Part shown: positions 53,072 to 61,283 of the stretch, piece after piece | How positions within the stretch are numbered: the stretch's first letter is position 1 | How the letters are laid out: the number at the start of each line of letters is the position of its first letter | NCBI GenBank assembly: GCA_029245795.1 | Contig: JAQWOP010000001.1 | Span: 16,301 to 80,300 of the forward strand | Length of the DNA: 64,000 nucleotides | Direction of reading: 5' to 3' | DNA from: Hyphomicrobiales bacterium | GTDB lineage: Bacteria; Pseudomonadota; Alphaproteobacteria; Rhizobiales; TMED25 | The notes under the pieces: model-generated | Seen by the model: the letters and a program-made list of their open reading frames with translations, nothing else | Told to the model about the DNA's origin: nothing | The model's database searches: none | Program-made: the position numbers and the translations under genes

Positions 53072-53782
53072 CTATTCATTTGATATAATAGTACAATCAC
53101 CCTTTCCTAATAAAACCCTTCTCAATTCATTCTTCTTTTTTATTGAGAAAACTAAGATAGGTAAATTACCATCTTCCGCCATCATTATTGATGACATATC
53201 CATAATATTTAATTTGTTCTGTATGATATAATTATAATTTAATTTTGTAAATTTCTTAATATTTTCATTAAGCTCTGGGTCTTTGTCATATACCCCGTCA
53301 ACTTTTGTACCTTTTAATAAGACATCACAACCTAATTCCAAAGCTCTTAATACACTGGTTGTATCAGTAGTAAAATATGGATTACCTGTTCCACCAACAA
53401 ATATCAGTACATAGCCATTATTTATTTCATTTACAGCAATTTCATGATTAAACTTATCAACTATACCTGAAATAGGAATAGCTGAATACACTTTTGATTT
53501 AATACCAATGTTATTAAGAGCATTCCTAAGATACAGTCCATTTATTACAGTTGCTAACATACCCATATTATCAGCATCATTCTTATTTAAGTTATATTTA
53601 TTGTGATTAATACCCCTTATAATATTTCCACCTCCAATAACAATAGAAAGTTTAATTTTCTTATCAAGAACAGATTTAATATCTTGGGTCAGTTGATTAA
53701 TAATATTTATATCAAAAGTTTGTGAGGTATCACCAGATAGTATTTCACCAGAAATTTTTAAAAGTGCATTCTTATAGGACAT
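53072..53782 (-). CDS. pyrH: UMP kinase
   Basis: 236 aa. Motifs: LLKISGE, IVIGGGNI.RG, GTGNPYFTTDT, TKVDGVYDKDP. Confidence 0.95.
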   Translation of the reverse strand: MSYKNALLKISGEILSGDTSQTFDINIINQLTQDIKSVLDKKIKLSIVIGGGNIIRGINHNKYNLNKNDADNMGMLATVINGLYLRNALNNIGIKSKVYSAIPISGIVDKFNHEIAVNEINNGYVLIFVGGTGNPYFTTDTTSVLRALELGCDVLLKGTKVDGVYDKDPELNENIKKFTKLNYNYIIQNKLNIMDMSSIMMAEDGNLPILVFSIKKKNELRRVLLGKGDCTIISNE

Positions 53783-53818
53783 TTTTCAATTTTATCTTTG
53801 TTAAAAGATAGATATATT

Positions 53819-54736
53819 TTATTTTTTATTTACTGCTGCCGCAACTTCGCTGGCAAAATCTTCATCTTTTTTTTCTATTCCCTCACCTAACTCCATTCTA
53901 ACGAAGTCAGTGACTTTAATTGATGAGTTCATTTCTTTTGATTTAATATCCAAAAGTTGAGATATCTTAGTTTCATTATCAATAACAAAAATTTGTGAAA
54001 GGAGTGCATTTTCTTCTGTGAATTTTCTTATTCTTCCCTCAACCATCTTTTCTATAATATTGTCAGGTTTATTAGCTTCTTTTGCTTGCTCAATTGCTAT
54101 TTGTTTTTCTTTTTCAATTACTTCTTGGCTAATTTGATCAGAAGTTAAAGCAATTGGATTTGAAGCTGCTATATGCATACAAAGGCTCTTACCAAATTCA
54201 GAAATCTGATCCTCAGTTAAGGAAGTTTCTATTGCTAACAAAACCCCAATTTTGCCAAGTGAATTAGCTACAGAATTATGAGTATATGAAAATATCACTC
54301 CTTCATTAACAGAAACATTTTGGATTCTTCTCAATCTAATATTTTCTCCAATGGTAGAAATTTTTTCATTTATTTCTTCTTCAACTGTTCTACCTGTATC
54401 ATGATAAGGTAAGTTTAGAATAACTTCACTATTTATTGATATGCCCAATAATCCTGTTAATAAATTCTGGAAATCTTCATTTCTTGCCACAAAGTCTGTC
54501 TCAGAATTTAACTCAATAATAGTTGCCCTCTTATCATCGACTAAAGATCCAACCAGCCCTTCAGAAGCAATCCTACCTGATTTCTTTGCAGCCTTTGTTA
54601 TACCTTTTGCGCGAAGCCAATCAATTGATTGATCAATATCACCACTATTTTCAGTAAGAGCATTCTTACAATCCATCATTCCCGCACCGCTTTTTTCTCT
54701 TAACTCTTTAACAAGACCCGCTGTTATTTCAACCAT
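53819..54736 (-). CDS. tsf: Elongation factor Ts
   Basis: 305 aa. N-terminal UBA-like motif LVKELREKSGAGMMDCKNAL. Confidence 0.96.
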   Translation of the reverse strand: MVEITAGLVKELREKSGAGMMDCKNALTENSGDIDQSIDWLRAKGITKAAKKSGRIASEGLVGSLVDDKRATIIELNSETDFVARNEDFQNLLTGLLGISINSEVILNLPYHDTGRTVEEEINEKISTIGENIRLRRIQNVSVNEGVIFSYTHNSVANSLGKIGVLLAIETSLTEDQISEFGKSLCMHIAASNPIALTSDQISQEVIEKEKQIAIEQAKEANKPDNIIEKMVEGRIRKFTEENALLSQIFVIDNETKISQLLDIKSKEMNSSIKVTDFVRMELGEGIEKKDEDFASEVAAAVNKK

Positions 54737-54786
54737 TTAATAACCTTTTAATTTATAATATTTGAATTTTTTTAGTAATGATCTAC

Positions 54787-55752
54787 TTATTCTTTTTTAT
54801 CAGAGACATCTACACTATCATCTTTGCCTTGATCTACTTTTTTCTTACTCACCACTCGTTTCTTTTTCTCTACAATCAATTCTTTATTATCAGGATTTTC
54901 AAGTGGAGTAATAACTTCAGGATTTGAAGCTTTTGGTTCTTCTGTATTTTTATCCTGATTTATTTCTTGAACATTCTCTTTTGGATTTTCATCAAGTATT
55001 TTAGCATCTTTCACAGAAGATGGATTAACACTTTCACCTATATCTTTATTGCTTTTTGATAGAGATTCCTCTATTCCGTCCAAAATAGTTCTTTCCACAA
55101 GTGAGCAATATAGCTCAATTGCTCGAGAAGCATCATCATTTCCTGGTATAGGGTGATCTATATTATCAGGATTTGAATTTGTATCAAGAATTGCAACTAC
55201 AGGAATACCTAATTTACTTGCCTCAAGAATTGCAATAGCTTCTTTATTAGTGTCAATTACAAACAATATATCCGGAAGACCTCCCATATCCTTAATACCG
55301 CCAATAGCTCTTTCAAGTTTATTATATTCTCTTGTGAGCTTAAGGACTTCTTTTTTTGTTAAAGCATTAATCTTCTCATCAGTAAACAGAACTTCTAGTT
55401 CTTTAAACCTATTAATTGAATTTGATACTGTTTTCCAATTAGTTAAGATGCCCGCCATCCAGGTATAATTAATATAATATTGAGCAGATCTTTTTGCGGC
55501 ATTTGCAATGTGCTCTGATGCTTGCCTTTTTGTCCCAACAAACAATACTCTCCCACCTGAAGATGCGACATTCTTTATGGCAACTAGCGCTTGGTGAAGA
55601 AGTGGAACAGTTTGTGATAAATCAATTATATGTATGCCATTTCTTTTGCCATATATAAAGGGTTCCATTTTTGGATTCCAGCGTTCTTTCTTATGTCCGA
55701 AATGAACACCAGATTCTAATAATTCTCTCATTGAAAAAATTGGTAATGACAT
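54787..55752 (-). CDS. rpsB: 30S ribosomal protein S2 with a long charged C-terminal extension
   Basis: Core motifs: GVHFGH, RWNPKM, ILFVGTK, D.LFVID. Start ATG 55752 (MSLPIF...) is preceded by AGGAG at a 7-nt spacing. The track start at 55782 has no SD. Confidence 0.95.
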   Translation of the reverse strand: MSLPIFSMRELLESGVHFGHKKERWNPKMEPFIYGKRNGIHIIDLSQTVPLLHQALVAIKNVASSGGRVLFVGTKRQASEHIANAAKRSAQYYINYTWMAGILTNWKTVSNSINRFKELEVLFTDEKINALTKKEVLKLTREYNKLERAIGGIKDMGGLPDILFVIDTNKEAIAILEASKLGIPVVAILDTNSNPDNIDHPIPGNDDASRAIELYCSLVERTILDGIEESLSKSNKDIGESVNPSSVKDAKILDENPKENVQEINQDKNTEEPKASNPEVITPLENPDNKELIVEKKKRVVSKKKVDQGKDDSVDVSDKKE

Positions 55753-55863
55753 TGTTTTTCTCCTGATTCGGTTATTCTCCACAAGGCGGTTTTTATCACC
55801 GATTCATGCCCTGTGTATGTATTTAATTAGTTGTCTTATATGACGTTATTGTATAAATATCAA
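55753..55863 (-). promoter_or_regulatory. rpsB-tsf promoter and structured 5' leader
   Basis: On the minus strand: TTGATA (55863-55858), 17 nt, TATAAG (55840-55835). An approximately 80-nt leader follows. It contains a locally GC-rich nested hairpin: outer stem CACAGGG/CCTTGTG (55815-55809 with 55786-55780) and inner stem CGGT-gataaaa-ACCG. A second ACCG copy next to the SD could pair alternatively. Confidence 0.5.
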
Positions 55864-55883
55864 GGTATTTTAAGTAAAGATTA

Positions 55884-58800
55884 TTATTCTGCATTAAAAA
55901 ATTCAACACCTGGCAATGTTTGAAGATAATTTTTCAATTCATTATCAAAATTAAAACTATCACCAATCTCTAATTTAATGTCTTTTTTCAAGTTACTATC
56001 ATAAAATATAAGGTTTACAATGTCAGATCCATCTCCAGATTTTAGCTTTGATGCAATATCGTCTAAAGTATCTATATTTGCAACTTTTATGGTGTAATGC
56101 TCGGGGTACGACTCTTCATTTAGTTCTATTTTCTGCTCTATGTGCTCCGATACTTCATCCACTAATACGTTTGAATCACCACCTCTTCCATTCTTTGGTT
56201 TAATTTCATTAATATTGCCTTGTATTACCTCATTTACCTTTAATCTTATAGCATCTGCTTGTAAATCCGCATCCACTTTAATAATTATTACATTACCTAT
56301 GAATAGAAGGTCATTATATTTATTAATAATATCAGAAAAAAACATTGTCTCAAATTCTTGGCTTACATCTGATAATTTAATAAAAGAGTACATTCGACCT
56401 GTCTTCCCTCTACGATTTATTCTGTTTTGAATAACGCCTGCCAATCTTGCTTGCTTATGCTTTTTTGTTTTGACGTTTTGAATAAAGTCAACATAAGTTG
56501 AGACTTTGTGATAATTCAGATTATTGGAATATTTTTCCATTGGGTGCCCTGATAAATAAGCCCCTGTGAATTCAAATTCACCGCTTAATTTATTAATTTC
56601 ATTCCATTCTTTGACATATGGCAATCTTAACCCTTTTGACCCTTCCTCAGTACCAGAAAATATATCAATTTGGCCTTCTAAGTTCTTTTTTCGAATTCTA
56701 TTAGACTCCATAAGCAAAAGATCCACATTATTAAATAAAAGTGCTCTATTAGATTCAATTTCATCAAAAGCACCTGCCATAATAAGACCCTCAAAAGCTC
56801 GTTTATTTACGTAATGAACATCAATCCTATTGATAAAGTCATTAACACTTGTGAAAACTCCATTCTTTTCTCTTTCAATAGAAATATTAACAACAGCTTG
56901 AGATCCAACGTTCTTAATTGAAGCTAGAGAGAACCTAATTGCCTGACCTTCAATTTTAAAATCATGGCTTGAACTATTTATTGATGGAGGTAATAATTCA
57001 ATCTTCATTCTTTTTATTTCCGAAATAATATTTGATATTTTATCAATATTTCCAACATCTAATGTTAAAAGTGCCGACATAAAAGCAAGTGGATGATTTG
57101 CTTTCAAATACCCAGTTTGGAAAGCAATTAAGGCGTATGCAGCAGAATGAGCTTTATTAAAGCCATAACCTGCAAATTTATTAACTAAATCAAATATAAA
57201 TTCTGCTTTAGCTCTATCAACTCCATTTAATTTAGCGCCTGAAATAAAATTATCTCTTTGAGCATCCATTTCAGATTTGATTTTCTTTCCCATAGCTCTT
57301 CTTAATAAATCTGCTTCCCCCAAACTATAATTAGCAAGCTTTTGGGCAATTTGTATTACCTGTTCTTGATAAATGATAACACCATAAGTATCTGCAATTA
57401 TGGGATTAATTAATTCATGCAATTCCTCAACTGCAACCTCCGAGTTCTTAGCAGAAAGATATTGAGGTATGTTTTCCATTGGGCCAGGTCTAAATAATGC
57501 AATCAATGCAATTAAATCTTCAAAATTATTTGGCTTTGCTTTTATCAACAAATCTTTCATTCCAGAACTTTCAAATTGAAAAACTCCTGATGTTGAGCCA
57601 TCCCTGAATAACTTTAATGTACTCTCATCATCAAGCTGAATAGTGGAAATATCAATAGTAACACCATTATTTTCCATTTGCTTACAACACTCACTAATAA
57701 CAGAAAGTGTTTTTAAACCTAATATATCAAATTTAACAAGACCCGCCTGCTCTACCCACTTCATATTGAATTGCGTTACCAGTGAATTTGTCTTTTGATC
57801 CATATATAATGGAACGTATTCTTCTAAATCACCCTCCGAGATAACAACACCTGCTGCATGAGTTGAAGCGTGTCTATACAAACCCTCTAGTGATAGAGAA
57901 TATTCAAGCAAACGATCAACTATTTCATCAGTTTCTTTTAAAGATTTAATCTCTTTTACTTCCGAAATAGCTTCGGATAACGTCATTGGATTAGCAGGGT
58001 TATTTGGTATTAATCTACAAATATTGTCAACTTGGCTATAAGGTAATTCCATGACTCGTCCAACATCTCTAATAACTGCTCTAGCTTGCAACTTTCCGAA
58101 TGTTATTATTTGGGCAACTCTTTTCTTTCCATACGTTTCCTTAATATAGTTAATAACCTCCTCTCTCCTTATTGGACAAAAATCAATATCAAAATCTGGC
58201 ATAGAAACACGGTGAGGATTTAGAAATCTCTCAAAAACTAAATTAAATTTTATTGGATCAAGATCTGTTATCCCAAGTGACCAAGCAACAAGTGACCCGG
58301 CTCCAGATCCTCTGCCAGGACCAACTGGAATATCGTTTTTCTTAGACCAATTGATTATATCAGCAACTATAAGAAAATATCCTGCATAATCCATATCAAT
58401 AATTATTGATAATTCATCCTTAAGTCTATTATTATATTCGGTAGTATTAGAGTTTTCGGCAGTACCAAACTTATTAATTCTCTCCTTAAAACCATTATTT
58501 GTCATCTCAGTTAATAAATCATTTTCGTTTAAGGAAGTCTTATCATCTTTTTCTTTAACAATATATTTTGGTAATATTGGAGCAAGAGTGACTGGCCTAT
58601 AAAGACATTTCTTCGCAATTAATACAGTGTTCTCAATGGCTTCTGGAATATCCCTATAAAGCTCTTTCATATTTTTTTGATTTTTAAAGAAACATTCTGA
58701 AGATATCTTTTTTCGATTAGGATTAGATAGAACGTCGGAAGATGGGATGCATTGAAGTATATCATTTGCCTCATGGTCATCTTTTTTTGCAAAGAAAATA

Positions 58801-59408
58801 TCATTAGTGGCAACTATTGGTAAATTCATATCATACGCTATATCAATTAAGTTATTTTCTATAGATGTATCATTTTGATCATACCGCTGTAATTCAATAA
58901 ATAACCTATCTTTGAAAGACTCATTTATCGTTTGCAATTGTCTTCTGGCGAGGTCTTTGTTATTTAGTCTTAATGATTGATTGATTAATCCTTTTGATCC
59001 CCCAGTAAGAAAAAAAAGACCTTGGTTATTTTCAAAGAGTTCATCTAACGTTACAAATGGAAGGAAAGAATTTTTTTTCTGGTAAGCCGAACTTGAGAGT
59101 TTCAATAGATTTTTATATCCATCTATAGAATTAGATAGCAAACAAATATTTGAGTAATTTGCTAATTTATCACCAATATTTTGATCCTTATCATATATAT
59201 TTAATGTTGTTCCAATTATGGGTTGTATTCCATTGGCAGAAAGTTTCTCCGAAAACTCAAGAGCTCCAAAAAGGTTATTATCTGTAAGCCCAATTGCAGG
59301 CATTTTATTCTCAAGACATAGATCCTTAATTTTATCAATATGTAAGGATGACTCCAACAGAGAATACGAAGAACGTACACGTAAATGAATATAATCTAAG
59401 TCAGACAT
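55884..59408 (-). CDS. dnaE: DNA polymerase III subunit alpha
   Basis: 1174 aa. N-terminal PHP domain (IHLRVRSSYSLLES), polymerase core (PDFDIDF, GYGFNKAHSAAYA) and a C-terminal OB fold. Confidence 0.97.
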   Translation of the reverse strand: MSDLDYIHLRVRSSYSLLESSLHIDKIKDLCLENKMPAIGLTDNNLFGALEFSEKLSANGIQPIIGTTLNIYDKDQNIGDKLANYSNICLLSNSIDGYKNLLKLSSSAYQKKNSFLPFVTLDELFENNQGLFFLTGGSKGLINQSLRLNNKDLARRQLQTINESFKDRLFIELQRYDQNDTSIENNLIDIAYDMNLPIVATNDIFFAKKDDHEANDILQCIPSSDVLSNPNRKKISSECFFKNQKNMKELYRDIPEAIENTVLIAKKCLYRPVTLAPILPKYIVKEKDDKTSLNENDLLTEMTNNGFKERINKFGTAENSNTTEYNNRLKDELSIIIDMDYAGYFLIVADIINWSKKNDIPVGPGRGSGAGSLVAWSLGITDLDPIKFNLVFERFLNPHRVSMPDFDIDFCPIRREEVINYIKETYGKKRVAQIITFGKLQARAVIRDVGRVMELPYSQVDNICRLIPNNPANPMTLSEAISEVKEIKSLKETDEIVDRLLEYSLSLEGLYRHASTHAAGVVISEGDLEEYVPLYMDQKTNSLVTQFNMKWVEQAGLVKFDILGLKTLSVISECCKQMENNGVTIDISTIQLDDESTLKLFRDGSTSGVFQFESSGMKDLLIKAKPNNFEDLIALIALFRPGPMENIPQYLSAKNSEVAVEELHELINPIIADTYGVIIYQEQVIQIAQKLANYSLGEADLLRRAMGKKIKSEMDAQRDNFISGAKLNGVDRAKAEFIFDLVNKFAGYGFNKAHSAAYALIAFQTGYLKANHPLAFMSALLTLDVGNIDKISNIISEIKRMKIELLPPSINSSSHDFKIEGQAIRFSLASIKNVGSQAVVNISIEREKNGVFTSVNDFINRIDVHYVNKRAFEGLIMAGAFDEIESNRALLFNNVDLLLMESNRIRKKNLEGQIDIFSGTEEGSKGLRLPYVKEWNEINKLSGEFEFTGAYLSGHPMEKYSNNLNYHKVSTYVDFIQNVKTKKHKQARLAGVIQNRINRRGKTGRMYSFIKLSDVSQEFETMFFSDIINKYNDLLFIGNVIIIKVDADLQADAIRLKVNEVIQGNINEIKPKNGRGGDSNVLVDEVSEHIEQKIELNEESYPEHYTIKVANIDTLDDIASKLKSGDGSDIVNLIFYDSNLKKDIKLEIGDSFNFDNELKNYLQTLPGVEFFNAE

Positions 59409-59517
59409 GATAAATACCCTTGATAAATATCTATTGTAATAAAAAACAAATAGAAGTCATTTGAATATTGGTAACTTTTAAGTATTGTTGTGATATTGTG
59501 GATAAGGAGAATAATTA

Positions 59518-59622
59518 TTATATAATTGCAACTAACCTAAATAGCATAAAAGAGAAAGCAACAATAGATATTAAGCTAGCTAAATCTTCCCAATTATGTG
59601 TAATTTTATTTAATAAAAACAT
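59518..59622 (-). CDS. Unannotated 34-aa hydrophobic peptide downstream of a triple LexA half-site array (candidate SOS-induced small membrane protein)
   Basis: ATG 59622-59620, TAA 59520-59518, GAGG at 59632-59629 with a 6-nt spacer. Peptide MFLLNKITHNWEDLASLISIVAFSFMLFRLVAII: a polar N-terminus plus one 21-residue hydrophobic helix. A promoter and SOS boxes lie immediately upstream. It is below the track size cutoff. Confidence 0.55.
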   Translation of the reverse strand: MFLLNKITHNWEDLASLISIVAFSFMLFRLVAII

Positions 59623-59636
59623 TTTTTACCTCTTTT

Positions 59637-59671
59637 GTTCTTACTATGTTCTATTTATGTTCTGATGTCAA
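59637..59671 (-). promoter_or_regulatory. sigma70-like promoter overlapped by two tandem-overlapping alphaproteobacterial SOS boxes
   Basis: The minus strand reads TTGACA-tca-GAAC-ataaata-GAAC-atagtaa-GAAC. The -35 is at 59671-59666 and a -10 candidate CATAGT at 59648-59643 (17-nt spacer). GAAC tetramers sit at 59662-59659, 59651-59648 and 59640-59637, each separated by exactly 7 nt. Confidence 0.7.
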
Positions 59672-59683
59672 ATTTTTTTTTAA

Positions 59684-59705
59684 AATCTATTTCTATAAAT
59701 AGATT
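59684..59705. repeat. Perfect 9-bp inverted repeat between the SOS promoter and metC
   Basis: AATCTATTT-ctat-AAATAGATT. It lies 13 nt upstream of the minus-strand -35 and 37 nt upstream of the metC ATG. The stem is AT-only. Confidence 0.6.
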
Positions 59706-59741
59706 GTCGCATTTATTAAGATGTGTAATTAATAGTATTAA

Positions 59742-60911
59742 ATGATAGATAAAAAATATAAAGAAGATACTTTACTTGCGCATGGAGGAAGAAAACCGGA
59801 TGAACATTTCGGTTTTGTTAATACACCTGTATATCGAGGATCCACAATCTTATCAAATTCATCTAAAGAATTTAGAGAGAGAAAATCTCGTTATACATAC
59901 GGAAGTAAATCTAACCCAAATACCGAAGGTTTAGAAGATTGTATAAAAAAACTTGAGGGTGCTGAAGGTTGTAAGATAACTAGCTCCGGAAGAACTGCTA
60001 TATTATTATCACTACTCAGCGTTTTATCTACTGGTGATCATTTAATTTTAGCGGATAACGTATATGATCCCACCAAACAAATTTCAAATAATTTTCTAAC
60101 AAGTATGGGTATTAATGTTTCCTATTTTGACTCGAAAGATCTGACTGAGCTTACAAATATGATTACTTCCAAAACAAAGGCAATATTTTTTGAATCACCC
60201 GGATCAATTACTTTTGAAGTTATAGATATTGAAGCCCTTGTGAAAATAGCTAGAAAAAAAAATATTTATACGATTATTGATAATACATGGGGAACCCCTC
60301 TTTACTTTAAACCTTTTGATTATGGTATTGATATTTCTATTCATGCAGGTACTAAATATATAGTAGGACACTCCGATACATTCATTGGTGCCGTGACTTA
60401 TAATAATAAAGCTAAAAATTTGATCAATGAAACATATGACCTACTTAGATTAAGCAGTAATGCTGATGATGCCTATATGGCAAGCCGAGGGCTTCGTAGT
60501 ATGAAAGTTCGAATGGAGAAACAGTTTGAAAATACACTTAGTATTTGCGAAGCTTTATACAAAAACAACTTAGTCAAAGAGATTTTATATCCACCATTCA
60601 AAAATAGTAAAGATCATGAATTATGGAAAAAATACTTCCTTAACGGCGGTGCCAGCCTTATGACCATTATCATCAATAACAATGGCGACCTTAAGTCACT
60701 GGATAATTTTATAGATGGACTTTGTTTATTTGGAATTGGTGCATCTTGGGGTGGCTATGAAAGCCTTGCTATACCTGTCTTTCCTAGTCGTAAGAAAAAT
60801 AATAAATGGGATAAACACATAAATTCAATGGTTAGACTTCATATCGGACTAGAAGACAAAAATGACTTGATCGAAGACCTTAATAACTCCCTAGCTAATA
60901 TGCATCTTTAA
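59742..60911 (+). CDS. metC: Cystathionine beta-lyase (Cys/Met-metabolism PLP enzyme family)
   Basis: 389 aa. N-terminus TLLAHGGR, PLP-lysine context HAGTKYIVGHSD and C-terminal VRLHIGLED. The beta-lyase versus gamma-synthase assignment rests on length and N-terminus only. Confidence 0.8.
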   Translation: MIDKKYKEDTLLAHGGRKPDEHFGFVNTPVYRGSTILSNSSKEFRERKSRYTYGSKSNPNTEGLEDCIKKLEGAEGCKITSSGRTAILLSLLSVLSTGDHLILADNVYDPTKQISNNFLTSMGINVSYFDSKDLTELTNMITSKTKAIFFESPGSITFEVIDIEALVKIARKKNIYTIIDNTWGTPLYFKPFDYGIDISIHAGTKYIVGHSDTFIGAVTYNNKAKNLINETYDLLRLSSNADDAYMASRGLRSMKVRMEKQFENTLSICEALYKNNLVKEILYPPFKNSKDHELWKKYFLNGGASLMTIIINNNGDLKSLDNFIDGLCLFGIGASWGGYESLAIPVFPSRKKNNKWDKHINSMVRLHIGLEDKNDLIEDLNNSLANMHL

Positions 60912-60916
60912 ATAAA

Positions 60917-61267
60917 TTATTCTCTTTCCATACCCTTCTTTCTTAGCTCGCTTATATAGGCTCTCCATATACTGTCATGACTCTGGTATAAGTCATTAAG
61001 ATATTGCCATGTATATATACCTGTGTCATGACCATCATCAAAAGATATTTTTATTGCATAATTACCAATCAACTCGATACCAGATATCATTACATTTTTT
61101 TTCTTATATACTAATTTCTTTTGATCTGGAGAATGGCCTTTCACTTCTGCACTAGGACTGTTTACACGCAAAAACTCGGCATCTAGTATAGATGATTTTT
61201 CACTATACTCTAAAGTTATATTTTTCTTGTTTTTAGACAAAACTATGTTCACCGGTATTAGTAACAT
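60917..61267 (-). CDS. DUF971 (gamma-butyrobetaine-hydroxylase-N-terminal-like) domain protein
   Basis: 116 aa. The characteristic motifs are LRVNSPSAEV and ISFDDGHDTGIYTWQYL. It lies 16 nt downstream of the Mrp gene. Confidence 0.8.
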   Translation of the reverse strand: MLLIPVNIVLSKNKKNITLEYSEKSSILDAEFLRVNSPSAEVKGHSPDQKKLVYKKKNVMISGIELIGNYAIKISFDDGHDTGIYTWQYLNDLYQSHDSIWRAYISELRKKGMERE

Positions 61268-61283
61268 CTAATTATTTTGAACT

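Noticed and set aside
59468-59665. 65-aa plus-strand ORF from the track in the dnaE-metC spacer
   Set aside because: It starts with TTG and has no SD or promoter context. Its composition is low-complexity and it terminates inside the SOS boxes. The opposite strand carries a complete promoter/operator/SD/ATG unit, so this ORF is most likely its non-coding mirror.
59663-59741. SAM-II or SAM-V type riboswitch upstream of metC
   Set aside because: The 80-nt region lacks the conserved AAAGC-containing pseudoknot core. It is almost pure A/T, with only the symmetric palindrome. A covariance-model search would be needed to exclude it formally.
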